Below, in pieces: positions 26,179 to 38,044 of a DNA stretch of 64,000 nt (position 1 is the first letter of the stretch; the number at the start of each line of letters is the position of its first letter). The notes beneath the pieces were generated by a model. The model was not told the origin of the DNA. It saw only the letters and a program-made list of their open reading frames with translations, and did no database searches. Both the position numbers and the translations under genes were made by a program. Source of the stretch: Anaerolineaceae bacterium (GTDB lineage: Bacteria; Chloroflexota; Anaerolineae; Anaerolineales; Anaerolineaceae); NCBI GenBank assembly GCA_034430195.1, contig DAOUFF010000049.1, positions 10,271 to 74,270 of the forward strand. Direction: 5' to 3'.

Positions 26179-27188
26179 GCCTGATTTTCCTTGCTAAGCT
26201 CCGCCTCTATTGGGGCGATGATGGCGTTAATTCCGGCAACATCCAGCCATTCGGTGTTGTTGGCGCTGGTGTAGGTGAATCCGTCCGGCAGATGCGAACC
26301 TTTCTCCTCCCAGGCGCGGCCAAACCACAGCGGTGAGGCGGCCGGCTGCACCACAAACATATCGGGTAGTTCCACGGTCGTGCGCGCTTCATCTTCGGAG
26401 ATGAGACTTTCATGCAGCTTTTCGCCCGGGCGGATGCCGATGAATTCAACCTGCGCCTCGGGTGCGATCGCCTGTGCCAGGTCGGTCATGCGCATGCTGG
26501 GGATCTTGGGCACAAACACTTCTCCGCCCTGCATCTCTTCAATTCGGCCGATGACAAAACGCACGCCCTGCTCCAATGAAATCCAGAAGCGGGTCATGCG
26601 GGCATCGGTGATGGTGAGGCGGCCGGTCGGGCGCTGCTTGAGGAAGAGCGGGACAACGCTGCCGCGCGACCCGACCACATTGCCGTAACGGGTGCAGGCA
26701 ATGCGGGTCTTGCGGCCGCCGGCATAAGCGTTGCTTTGAATCATCAGTTTTTCGGCAGCGAGTTTGGTGGCGCCATAGAGGTTGATCGGGTTCACCGCTT
26801 TGTCTGTTGAAAGCGCCAATACTTTTTCGACGTCGTTTTCGATGGCGGCATCGATCACATTGCTGGAGCCAAGAATATTGGTTTTGATGGCTTCCATCGG
26901 GTTGTATTCACAGGCGGGCACTTGCTTGAGCGCGGCGGCATGCACCACGACATTTACGCCATACATGGCGCGCGTCAGGCGGTCGCGGTCGCGTACATCT
27001 CCAATAAAATAGCGGATCGATGGGTCATTAAAGCCCCCGCTGGTGCGCATCTCATGCTGTTTCAGCTCATCCCGGCTGAAAACAATAATTTTGGCTGGGT
27101 GATATTCCTCCAGCATGATGCGGATAAATTTTTTTCCGAAAGACCCGGTGCCGCCGGTGACGAGTACGACCTTATTATTCCAATCCAT
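26175..27188 (-). CDS. pseB: UDP-N-acetylglucosamine 4,6-dehydratase (inverting), PseB/FlaA1 type
   Basis: Start moved to MDWNNKVVLVTGGTGSFGKKF. SRDELKQHEM, HAAALKQVP, STDKAVNPINLYGATK, TRYGNVVGSRGSVVPLF, MTRFWISL and GIRPGEKLHE are all very close to FlaA1/PseB as I remember it, and unlike CapE/FnlA (MTRFLMSL, GTRHGEK). Confidence 0.85.
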   Translation of the reverse strand: MDWNNKVVLVTGGTGSFGKKFIRIMLEEYHPAKIIVFSRDELKQHEMRTSGGFNDPSIRYFIGDVRDRDRLTRAMYGVNVVVHAAALKQVPACEYNPMEAIKTNILGSSNVIDAAIENDVEKVLALSTDKAVNPINLYGATKLAAEKLMIQSNAYAGGRKTRIACTRYGNVVGSRGSVVPLFLKQRPTGRLTITDARMTRFWISLEQGVRFVIGRIEEMQGGEVFVPKIPSMRMTDLAQAIAPEAQVEFIGIRPGEKLHESLISEDEARTTVELPDMFVVQPAASPLWFGRAWEEKGSHLPDGFTYTSANNTEWLDVAGINAIIAPIEAELSKENQA

Positions 27189-27190
27189 AG

Positions 27191-28087
27191 TTACTCCTGA
27201 GCTGAGGGCTGCTGGGCAGCCGGTTTCCTGATCACAATCAGCGGATACTGGCCGTTGCGGCCAAAAAAGTGCGGGAACCACTCTTCCAATCGGTAAAGCA
27301 CTTTTAGACAAAAGCGACCCCAGGCGTTGGACGGAATCACCGTCCGCAGAAATGAGACACTCACGCTGCGCCAGGTGCGGATTTCAAATGGGAGCCGTCC
27401 GCCCAGCGTCTGCTCAAACCAGTGGGCGCTATTCTTGGCGACGAACGTGCCTGCCGGATGGGATGCCCCACCAGGGACGGCCGCGTTTGGTGTGGCCTGA
27501 GAATTGGCGTCAGTAGCCACTGGTTTATTAGTGTTTTTGCTGTGTAGCCGATTGGCCAGGCGCATCAAGAAACCACTCACCCTTCCGAGCCCATGTTCAT
27601 TCCAACCGTCCACCGTTACCATGCTGCGCCCGGGCTTAAGGCAGCGGTAAAGCCCGAGATAGCAGTCTGCCTTCTCTTCGGGTGGAAGATGGTGAATGGT
27701 ATGGAGCGAGACGATCCCATCAAACGCTTCCGATTTGAAAGGCAAGTTGGCAACATCTGCTACGACATAAAACCCGTGCCCAGCTAACTTTTCGCGGGCC
27801 TGCTGCAAGGCCACAATTGAAAGGTCAAGACAGACCCGCTGTTCATAACCGGCTGAATACGCCAGATACGCCTCATACTGCACCGGCCCAGAGCCGGCAT
27901 CCAACAAATATTGCCCTTTTTTGGCCAGGTGGCGCCCTACGCGGGCGTGGGCGCGGGCGATGTACTCTGCCGAAACCGGGCGCAAGTCTTCATATTGGGC
28001 GTTTTGAAATCGGCCGTCGGTTTCGGTTTGCCAACCTACCTGGTCGTAGAAGCGCCCAACGGTCTGTTTAACATCTTCAGCCGGCAT
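27191..28087 (-). CDS. Class I SAM-dependent methyltransferase
   Basis: LLDAGSGPVQY (motif I), VCLDLS, VSLHTIHHL, LKPGRSMV; 298 aa. Confidence 0.75.
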   Translation of the reverse strand: MPAEDVKQTVGRFYDQVGWQTETDGRFQNAQYEDLRPVSAEYIARAHARVGRHLAKKGQYLLDAGSGPVQYEAYLAYSAGYEQRVCLDLSIVALQQAREKLAGHGFYVVADVANLPFKSEAFDGIVSLHTIHHLPPEEKADCYLGLYRCLKPGRSMVTVDGWNEHGLGRVSGFLMRLANRLHSKNTNKPVATDANSQATPNAAVPGGASHPAGTFVAKNSAHWFEQTLGGRLPFEIRTWRSVSVSFLRTVIPSNAWGRFCLKVLYRLEEWFPHFFGRNGQYPLIVIRKPAAQQPSAQE

Positions 28088-29735
28088 GATCCTCCTGCTG
28101 GGCAGAGAGTTCGTTCAAGCGGCTCAGTCCACGCTCATACCAGTCCAGCGGTTCCCCGCTCAGATAGGCAAAAGTTTGCGCGTAGCGGGCTTGGCCTTCT
28201 GGGCTCAGCACCACGCGCATCGGGCGGGTGTTAAAATCTTCTGCCAGCCAAAGCAAATGCCAGGGGAAGGGCAGCGAAAACTCAAAGAAGAACAAATAGC
28301 CGTAGAGCCAGGCTTGTTCGATTGCCTGCGGCGTCAGCCGGTAGACTGCCGGGTCAGCCATCACCTGTTGAAGCAAAGCCTGGTAACTCTCCCAATTTTC
28401 TGGTTCCAGCGTGATGCCTTTGCCGGCGTAATGGGTGCTGCCGGCTGTGATCACTGGCAAACCGCTCATTGCCATTTCGAGGCCGACTGTGGTCGTGTAT
28501 ACCAGGCCCACATCTGCCACATCAATCAGGTCGTAGGTGTTGGCAGGGTCTTCCGGCCGAATGAGGTGAATATGCGCGGGAAGCTCAGGGAAATTCTGGG
28601 CAATGACATCTACCATGGAAGTGCCGTGCGTCAAAAGTTCACCAGGATGGATGCGGATGATCAATTGGGCTTCATCATGCTCCATGAAGTGACGGATGGT
28701 TCCCAAGATCCAGTCTGCCATCGTCTCCGAGATCCGCTGGCGGCCAAGCGTCAGGCTGTCGCCCAAGACATTGGTGGCCATCAGCGCCACCGGCCGTTCG
28801 TCCAAAGAAAGTTCCTGCATGATGGCCGGCGCACCTTGAGCCGCTGATTTTTGCCATTGGCGGGCGAAGTTCCCCCACAGTCGTGCGTTTTTACGGGCCG
28901 AAAAAAGTTCGATCATGGCCTTGCGGGCAGCCTCGGGCAGTGGCTGGCTGCCAAGCGCCTGCCACATGGCGTCGGTATCGTGGGACATGATTTCGCCATT
29001 TTGCGCCAGCCAGATGCGTTCGCGTTGGTCGGCGAATTCAAAAGTAACGGTCGGAATGCCCAAGAGTTGGGCAACCTGATAGGCGATGCCCATTTCGAGG
29101 ATCGTCCCGTTAGGCGCGACGACCAGGTCCGGTTTTTCGCGCCGGAACCATTCGTAGATGGCGATGGCTGCCGCAGAGTTGCGGGCTTTGCGCAGCTGGT
29201 AAAGGGGATGCTGATGATCTGCTTTTTCAATTTGCAGCGTATATTGGGTATCGTAATCGGAAACCTGATCCACGGCCGCATTCAGCGCTGCGGGGTAATT
29301 GGCGAGAAACTTTTTGCCGGGGGTACTTTCGAGCAGCGATTCAACCGACATGACCTCTTTGGCGGGGCTCAGCACTTTTTGCGCGTACAGATCCTGTTTG
29401 CGCAGGTCAAAAGCGTTGATCTCTTTATCCCATTCCGCATAGGGAAGGTACCCAAGCGAAATTTGGTGTCCCTGCCCGGCCAGCGCCAGCGAAACCAAGG
29501 TGGCCTGTTCAATCCAATAATGCAGCGAGGCAAAAACGCAAATCTTCTTCGGCGAAGGATGGGTTTGCCCGAGTTCTTTCACCTCTTTCACTGCCTGGGG
29601 CAATACATCGCGAATGCCGTCCATCTTAAAATGGGCAGACCAGGGTTTAAACTGGCCCATTAAACTCCAATAGGCATCTGCCGTTAGCGGAAACTTGCCC
29701 AAAATCTCTTTTATCTTTTCGGTATTGTTACTCAT
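28077..29735 (-). CDS. Capsule-polysaccharide-biosynthesis (KpsC/KpsS, Capsule_synth-like) family protein, paralogue B
   Basis: IRIHPGE ... IHLIRPEDPANTYDLIDVADVGLVYTTTVGLEMAMSGLPVITAGSTHYAG is the same signature as paralogue A. It sits directly downstream of wzt. Confidence 0.55.
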   Translation of the reverse strand: MSNNTEKIKEILGKFPLTADAYWSLMGQFKPWSAHFKMDGIRDVLPQAVKEVKELGQTHPSPKKICVFASLHYWIEQATLVSLALAGQGHQISLGYLPYAEWDKEINAFDLRKQDLYAQKVLSPAKEVMSVESLLESTPGKKFLANYPAALNAAVDQVSDYDTQYTLQIEKADHQHPLYQLRKARNSAAAIAIYEWFRREKPDLVVAPNGTILEMGIAYQVAQLLGIPTVTFEFADQRERIWLAQNGEIMSHDTDAMWQALGSQPLPEAARKAMIELFSARKNARLWGNFARQWQKSAAQGAPAIMQELSLDERPVALMATNVLGDSLTLGRQRISETMADWILGTIRHFMEHDEAQLIIRIHPGELLTHGTSMVDVIAQNFPELPAHIHLIRPEDPANTYDLIDVADVGLVYTTTVGLEMAMSGLPVITAGSTHYAGKGITLEPENWESYQALLQQVMADPAVYRLTPQAIEQAWLYGYLFFFEFSLPFPWHLLWLAEDFNTRPMRVVLSPEGQARYAQTFAYLSGEPLDWYERGLSRLNELSAQQEDHAG

Positions 29736-29737
29736 GC

Positions 29738-31023
29738 TTAAATTCTTTCTTCAATCACCCATCCCAAGGCCGGTCTGACGGCGCCTGGGCGCGGTTCGGG
29801 CCACTGCGTTCCCGGGGCGCCGCTGGCATCCACAGAAAAGCTGAGGGCCTGATCGTCTTGGAAATAACGCCGGATCCGGTAAGAGCTGGCATTAATCCCC
29901 AGACTAAAGCGGCCTTCATTCAGGGTGTAACCTGGAATGGTACAGCGGCTGACGTAAACGCCTTTGGGGCGGGACCGATATTCTTCATACAACTCATGCG
30001 CGTCAGTGTCAAAACTTGTAAAAACGGATTCGCCGCGACTGGTGTTCAGGTAGTAACCTACCCGCAGTCCGGTGATATCTTCGCTCAGCTCATATTCTAT
30101 CTCAATGGTGATCGGATCCACACTGCGCAGAGAGTCAGAAACCTGGCCGTTTTTGTCCAACAGGCGGATGGCCAGCGGGCGGAAGGGGGCCGCAGAGGCC
30201 GGCACTTCGTCCGGCTCCCAGTAGCGTTCTCCCACCTTGGAGAGCCCACGGTTCAGGTAAAAATCAACCGCTTCGTCAGAAGGAGCGCGCAGCAGCACTT
30301 TGCCTTTTTCCAACACGATCGATTCTTGCGTCAGGCGCTGGATGGCGGACATGTTGTGGCTGACGAAAAGCACCGTGCGCCCCTGCTGGGCGACATCGCC
30401 CATTTTGCCCAGGCATTTTCGCTGAAAATCAGCATCGCCCACCGCCAAAACCTCGTCCACTACTAAAATCTCTGGTTCAAGGTGTGCGGCCACAGCAAAA
30501 GCCAGGCGCAAGTACATGCCGCTCGAGTAGCGCTTGACCGGTGTATCAATGAATTGCTCCACCTCCGAAAAGGCTACAATTTCATCGAAGCGCGCTTCAA
30601 TTTCCTTCTTGTGCATGCCCAGAATGGCGCCATTCAGGTAGATATTCTCGCGGCCCGTCAGTTCGGGGTGGAACCCGGTGCCAACTTCCAGCAGCGAGCC
30701 TACCCGCCCGCGCAGCTGTCCGTAGCCTTCGGTAGGGTCGGTGACACGCGACAGAATTTTGAGAAGGGTTGACTTTCCAGCGCCGTTCCGGCCAATAATG
30801 CCAAGCGCCTGCCCCTTCTTGACTTCAAAACTGATGTCTTTCAGCGCCCAGATATGGTCGCGGCTGGCGCGCGCGTTGCGCTGACCCGGCTGGAAGGCCT
30901 GCCGTAGATGGCTGGCCTGGGTGACGATCAGGTCGCGCAGGGTATCGGATCGCTCTTGAGCGGCTCCGATCCGGTAGCGTTTGCCGATGCCAGCGACAGA
31001 AATGGATAGTTCAGAGTCCAACA

Positions 31024-31024
<1 letters not shown>
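29738..31024 (-). CDS. wzt: Polysaccharide ABC exporter ATP-binding protein with C-terminal Wzt-type carbohydrate-binding domain
   Basis: Start moved to ATG 31024 (TGATG junction). GIIGRNGAGKSTLLK (Walker A), YSSGMYLRLAFA (signature), ILVVDEVL (Walker B). An extra ~170-aa beta-rich C-terminal domain follows (ITIEIEYELSEDITGLRVGYYL...). Confidence 0.8.
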
Positions 31025-33341
<2,317 letters not shown>

Positions 33342-33463
33342 ATATTTCAGTTTATGAATTATAGACGGGAATCATCAGCCGTCAAGTTGGGCGGAGAGGC
33401 GCTACGCCTTCCGGCTTCGCCGGCATTCGTGATGCCCATTCCCGGGGTAAGCTCAAGGGGTGA

Positions 33464-34369
33464 TCAGTTAAAAACCCCAAGCTCAACGTAATAAAGCTGG
33501 CCGGCTTTGGTGCCATAAAATGCGACCATGCGCTGCGCCATCTGGGGGTTATAAGCAGCTCCGCTGCAGCAGCCGTAATGGAAAATCTCTTCATAACCCA
33601 ACGGATATTCGCTGCCATCGAAGAAATACCCGAGCAGCCCGTCGCGCTGGTAGAAGTAAAATGGCCGCCCAGCGATGGTTTGGAACCCGAAGGATTCCTC
33701 GTACCCCTCGCGCTGATTCAACGATTCACCATCTTGATAAATGTCACCCACTGATTCAATTTCAATCACATTTGGGTCTTCTTTTGGTTTCTCGCTGGAA
33801 GCGACAGTTTCAAGATACCACGAGTCATCTACGGCCCAAAAGCCCCACACTGGGCTGACCGGCTGCGCTTTGCCCATGGGAATGGTCAAGAGCAGGCTGT
33901 CATTCTCAAAGATGCGGATTTCAATGTCTTGCAGAACGGTGCCGTCGGGTTGAGGCGTGGTGCCGTATTGATACTCCCAATGGATCAGTTTATCGCCAAC
34001 CTGAAGGCTGTTGCCGGTATAAACTTCCCTGGGGAAGCGCTCTTCGCGCTGCTCGGCATGAACAGCCCGGATCTCTTCCCAGTCGCCGTCCAGTGGCACA
34101 CTGACCACTTCCTCTCCGACCATGGTATTTCGTTTGAGGGCATGTTCTTCCATCGTCAGGGCGGCCGATGCAGGGCTGAGCGTGGCGGGCACTTCGCTAC
34201 TGCTCAGTTCAGGCGTCGGGCTGGCTGGCGGATACGTGGCCGAAGCTGTCGGCTGCGGCTCGCTGCTGGATGGCTGCGGCTGGCTGGTGGCTGGCTGCCC
34301 CCCGCAGGCACAAAGTACCAGAGCAAGTATCAGGAATGACCCCAATGGTTTGGAAATATTTATTAACAT
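33464..34369 (-). CDS. Lipoprotein of unknown function
   Basis: MLINISKPLGSFLILALVLCACGG (lipobox), a Pro/Ser/Thr-rich linker, then a ~200-aa aromatic-rich domain (FYFYQRDGLLGYFFDGSEY). Confidence 0.6.
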   Translation of the reverse strand: MLINISKPLGSFLILALVLCACGGQPATSQPQPSSSEPQPTASATYPPASPTPELSSSEVPATLSPASAALTMEEHALKRNTMVGEEVVSVPLDGDWEEIRAVHAEQREERFPREVYTGNSLQVGDKLIHWEYQYGTTPQPDGTVLQDIEIRIFENDSLLLTIPMGKAQPVSPVWGFWAVDDSWYLETVASSEKPKEDPNVIEIESVGDIYQDGESLNQREGYEESFGFQTIAGRPFYFYQRDGLLGYFFDGSEYPLGYEEIFHYGCCSGAAYNPQMAQRMVAFYGTKAGQLYYVELGVFN

Positions 34370-34516
34370 TTTTGCTCCTTGAGGGATTGGCGGGTCAAAT
34401 TCGGGTGAGTCCCGCCCGGGGAATGACCTGAGGGGTGCTTGACGCCAGCAGCGAGAAATGCCGGCAGCCCTCCTTATCGGTACATCATGGCAAAATTACG
34501 CTTCAGAACATGGCGA

Positions 34517-35494
34517 TCAGGGCGTGGCCACATCCTTCGCCCAGGCCCGTTCTGCCAGATACCAGTTCACCAAGCGGCTCACGCCCTCTGTGAGGTTAAC
34601 CTGCGGCTGCCAGCCCAAAACACGCTGCGCCTTGCTGACGTCGGCAACGTTGCTGAAGACGTCCGCCGGGTGACTGGGAATGTAGCGCACATCCGCTTTT
34701 TTGCCCAAAAGGTCTTCCAGCATGTGGATGAGCGCGTTGATGGTGATCACCTCATGCCCACCCAAATTGAAGATGTCGTAACCCGCCGGCTGGAGGGCAA
34801 GCAGCGTGCCGCGGGCGATATCATCCACATAAGTGAAGCCGCGGGATTGCTCGCCGTTGCCGGTGGTTACCACCGGCCGCCCTTCGGCGATCCACTGACA
34901 GAAGCGGAACATCACCATGTCGGGCCTCCCGGCCGGCCCGTAGACTGTAAAGTAGCGCAGGATGCTGACATCCAAACCGTAAAGGTGATGATAGGCATAG
35001 CAAAAGGCTTCCGCGCCTTTTTTACTGGCGGCATACGGCGCAAGTGGGTGATCGGTGCTGGCTTGTTCGTTATGGGGTGGCTGGCCTTCGTTGCCATACA
35101 GGCTTGAAGTGGAAGCCTGAATAAATTTGGGCACCGCGTGCTGGCGGGCCAACTCGAGCATGTTTAGTGCGCCGAGCGTATTGGTATTAAGGTAGCTCCA
35201 GGGGTCGCTGGTGCTGGCACGCACGCCGGCGATGGCTGCCAGGTTGATGATGCCTTCCAAAGGGGGCAGTGCGCCGTTCAGCCGGCCGATCAACGATTTG
35301 TCGGAGATATCATCCCGGATGAATGTAAACCCAGGCTGGTCCAACAACCCTTTCAGCCGATATTCCTTCATGCGGACGTCATAGACGGGGTTAAGGTTGT
35401 CGATGCCAAAAACCTGGTGGCCGTCCGCCAAAAGAAAGTGGGCGACACGCGCTCCAATGAAGCCGGCCGCGCCGGTAAGCAGGTAATTGGACAT
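34517..35494 (-). CDS. NAD-dependent epimerase, UDP-glucuronate (or UDP-HexNAcA) 4-epimerase-like
   Basis: LLTGAAGFIGARVAHFLLADGHQVFGIDNLNPVYDVRMKEYRL, SSLYG, YAASK; extended SDR. Confidence 0.65.
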   Translation of the reverse strand: MSNYLLTGAAGFIGARVAHFLLADGHQVFGIDNLNPVYDVRMKEYRLKGLLDQPGFTFIRDDISDKSLIGRLNGALPPLEGIINLAAIAGVRASTSDPWSYLNTNTLGALNMLELARQHAVPKFIQASTSSLYGNEGQPPHNEQASTDHPLAPYAASKKGAEAFCYAYHHLYGLDVSILRYFTVYGPAGRPDMVMFRFCQWIAEGRPVVTTGNGEQSRGFTYVDDIARGTLLALQPAGYDIFNLGGHEVITINALIHMLEDLLGKKADVRYIPSHPADVFSNVADVSKAQRVLGWQPQVNLTEGVSRLVNWYLAERAWAKDVATP

Positions 35495-36807
35495 CAGAGC
35501 CTGACCACCTTGATGTTGTTTCTTCCCAGGTCTTTCAGCGCATTTCGGGCATCAAAAATGAGCTGAGCTTTTTCCAAAATCATCGCATAATCAATCTTGC
35601 TGTGATTGGTGATGATGGCCACACAGTCCGCCTTCTCGACCGCGGCAGTCAAATCCTTTTCGGAAGTGAGCTGAATGGTTTCTTCATCCAACACGGGGAT
35701 AAACGGGTCGTAATAGCTGACCAGAGCGCCTTTCTCCTGCAGCAGGTGGATGATATCCAACGCAGGCGATTCGCGCAGGTCGTTAATATTGGGTTTATAA
35801 GCCACCCCAATGACCAGAACCCGGCTCCCGTTGAGCGGCTTTTTGAAGCGGTTCAGTGCGTCTTGAATCTTGCCGGTCACATAGCGCGGCATGTTTGAGT
35901 CGATTTCGGATGCAAGGTCGATGAAGCGGGCAGTATAGTTGACAGTCTTCATCTTCCAGGATAAATAGAGCGGGTCGACGGGGATGCAGTGGCCGCCCAT
36001 GCCCGGGCCAGGGGTAAACTTCATGAAGCCGAAGGGTTTGGTGGCGGCCGCATCGATGACTTCCCAAACATCAATGTTCAGCCGGTCGCACATTTGCGCC
36101 AGCTCGTTCACCATGGAGATATTAACCATGCGGAAGGTGTTTTCCAGCAGTTTGGTTAGCTCAGCCACTTCAGCAGTGCTCACCGGGATCACCGTCTCGA
36201 GCGCTTCGCGATACCAGGCAGTAATGACTTCGGTACATTGGCTGGTAATCCCGCCCACCACTTTCGGCGTGTTATAGGTGGTGAAGTCCGTCCGCCCGGG
36301 GTCGACCCGTTCAGGGGAAAAAGCCAAGAAGAAATCTTCACCGGCTTTCAGGTCGCTTGCAGCAGTCAGTTTAGGCAGGAAAAACTCGCGGGTTGTGCCT
36401 GGGTAGGTGCTCGATTCCAGGACGATCGCCATCCCGCGATGCAGGTAGGGGGCCAGGCTATCGCTTACTGCGGCAATGTAAGACATATCTGGGTCACCAG
36501 TTTTGCGCAGCGGGGTTGGTACGCAGATGGAAACCGCATCAATTTCGTGCAAAACGTCATAGTCGGTGGTGCCACGGATTTTCCCGGCTTCAACAAACTT
36601 GCGCAGGGTGGCATTGCTTACATCTGAAATGTAACTTTCGCCGCGGTTGATCATTTCCATTTTTTCGCGGTTGGGGTCAATGCCAGTGACGGTAAAGCCA
36701 GCTTGGGCAAAGGTAATTGCCAGAGGAAGGCCAACATAGCCCATTCCGATTACTGCAATATTTGCACGGCGCTTCTGAATCATTTGGATCAGTTCATCTT
36801 TGACCAT
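35494..36807 (-). CDS. Nucleotide-sugar 6-dehydrogenase (WecC/WbpA/Cap5O-like UDP-HexNAc dehydrogenase family)
   Basis: IAVIGMGYVGLPLAITFAQAGFTVTGID, GESYISD, FSPERVDPG, GGHCIP (catalytic Cys). Confidence 0.8.
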   Translation of the reverse strand: MVKDELIQMIQKRRANIAVIGMGYVGLPLAITFAQAGFTVTGIDPNREKMEMINRGESYISDVSNATLRKFVEAGKIRGTTDYDVLHEIDAVSICVPTPLRKTGDPDMSYIAAVSDSLAPYLHRGMAIVLESSTYPGTTREFFLPKLTAASDLKAGEDFFLAFSPERVDPGRTDFTTYNTPKVVGGITSQCTEVITAWYREALETVIPVSTAEVAELTKLLENTFRMVNISMVNELAQMCDRLNIDVWEVIDAAATKPFGFMKFTPGPGMGGHCIPVDPLYLSWKMKTVNYTARFIDLASEIDSNMPRYVTGKIQDALNRFKKPLNGSRVLVIGVAYKPNINDLRESPALDIIHLLQEKGALVSYYDPFIPVLDEETIQLTSEKDLTAAVEKADCVAIITNHSKIDYAMILEKAQLIFDARNALKDLGRNNIKVVRL

Positions 36808-36834
36808 GTGCTGCTCTCTTCTTGTTTTGTCGGT

Positions 36835-37485
36835 CTAAAATAGGCTCAATTGTTCGTACGGGGCATCCGGTTCGGCCGGGCTGCCCGGGTTTTCAGGGGT
36901 CGGGTTCGGAGGCGTTAAGCTGGGCGCTGGTGGCCCGTTTAACAGGTCTTTCAGGCGGGCAAAGTCACTCAACACCTGCCCGCGCAAGTCTGGTTGATGC
37001 AGCGCAGCTGCCGGATGGTACATGGTAACCACCAATTGACCGTTGACCTGATGGGAAAGACCATGAATTTGGCTGATGCGGCCGTTTTCGATAAAGCGCG
37101 CCATCGAAAAGCGCCCGAGTGTCACAATGACTTTAGGCTGGATGGCTGCGATTTGCGCATCCAGATAACGCCGGCACGTCTGAAGCTCCGAGGGTTCGGG
37201 GTCACGGTTGCCGGGCGGGCGACATTTGACAACATTGGTGATAAAAACTTGCTGCCGGTTCAGTCCGGCGGTCTGGAGGAGTTCATCCAAAAATTTGCCA
37301 GCCTGGCCGACGAACGGTTTGCCCTGCTCATTTTCATTGTAACCCGGGCCTTCGCCAATCAGCATGACTTGCGCTTCAGCAGGGCCTTCTCCCGGGACGG
37401 CGAGTTTGCGAAATTGGTGCAGTGGGCAAAGCTCACAATGGCGCACCTCATCTCGAATTTGTCGTAAAGTTTCATCTGCTGTCAT
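36835..37485 (-). CDS. Uracil-DNA glycosylase, family 4
   Basis: CELCPL ... MLIGEGPGYNE ... PFVGQAGKFL ... VKCRPP ... MYHPAA. Confidence 0.85.
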   Translation of the reverse strand: MTADETLRQIRDEVRHCELCPLHQFRKLAVPGEGPAEAQVMLIGEGPGYNENEQGKPFVGQAGKFLDELLQTAGLNRQQVFITNVVKCRPPGNRDPEPSELQTCRRYLDAQIAAIQPKVIVTLGRFSMARFIENGRISQIHGLSHQVNGQLVVTMYHPAAALHQPDLRGQVLSDFARLKDLLNGPPAPSLTPPNPTPENPGSPAEPDAPYEQLSLF

Positions 37486-37504
37486 GAATGCTCCGCCAAA
37501 GATT

Positions 37505-38044
37505 CTACTCCACTTTAGGGGCTTTCTGCGGGTTTTCAGCCGCCAGAGCTTGCAGGATTTCCCGGTCCAGCGGGTCCAGAGTTAGCAGCAGGGCGTCTTC
37601 GTGATTATCCTGATAGTAACCTGGCCGCAAGCCAACAGCCTTGTAGCCAAAGCCATAATAAAGATGGAGAGCTTCTTCGTTGCTGATGCGGACTTCAAGC
37701 AGGGATTTTTGGGCGCCTTGTTCGGCCGCCAAAAGCAGGGTTTGGGCGAGCAGGCGCCGGCCAATGCCCAGCCCGCGCTGCGCCGGGGCGATGGAAAGTG
37801 TGGCCACGTGCACTTCATCGACAATCAGCCAGCCGACCGTTACGCCCACAATCTGCGGCTGTGCGCCCGGCGGCAAGGCCTCCGCTACCAGAACGATGCT
37901 ATTGGAATTTGGCCGCAGCTCATACAGAAAGGCCCCCTTGGGCCACGGGTCATGAAAAGACACGCGGTCAAGTTCTTCGACGGCTGGGTTGTCGGAGGGA
38001 AGCATGGCGCGGATGTTGATGTGCATCGGCCCTGGAGAGGTCAT
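37505..38044 (-). CDS. rimI: Ribosomal-protein-alanine N-acetyltransferase
   Basis: Start moved to ATG 38044 (ATGA overlap with the tsaB stop). GNAT core AQRGLGIGRRLL. Its position in the tsaE-tsaB-rimI arrangement supports the call. Confidence 0.7.
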   Translation of the reverse strand: MTSPGPMHINIRAMLPSDNPAVEELDRVSFHDPWPKGAFLYELRPNSNSIVLVAEALPPGAQPQIVGVTVGWLIVDEVHVATLSIAPAQRGLGIGRRLLAQTLLLAAEQGAQKSLLEVRISNEEALHLYYGFGYKAVGLRPGYYQDNHEDALLLTLDPLDREILQALAAENPQKAPKVE

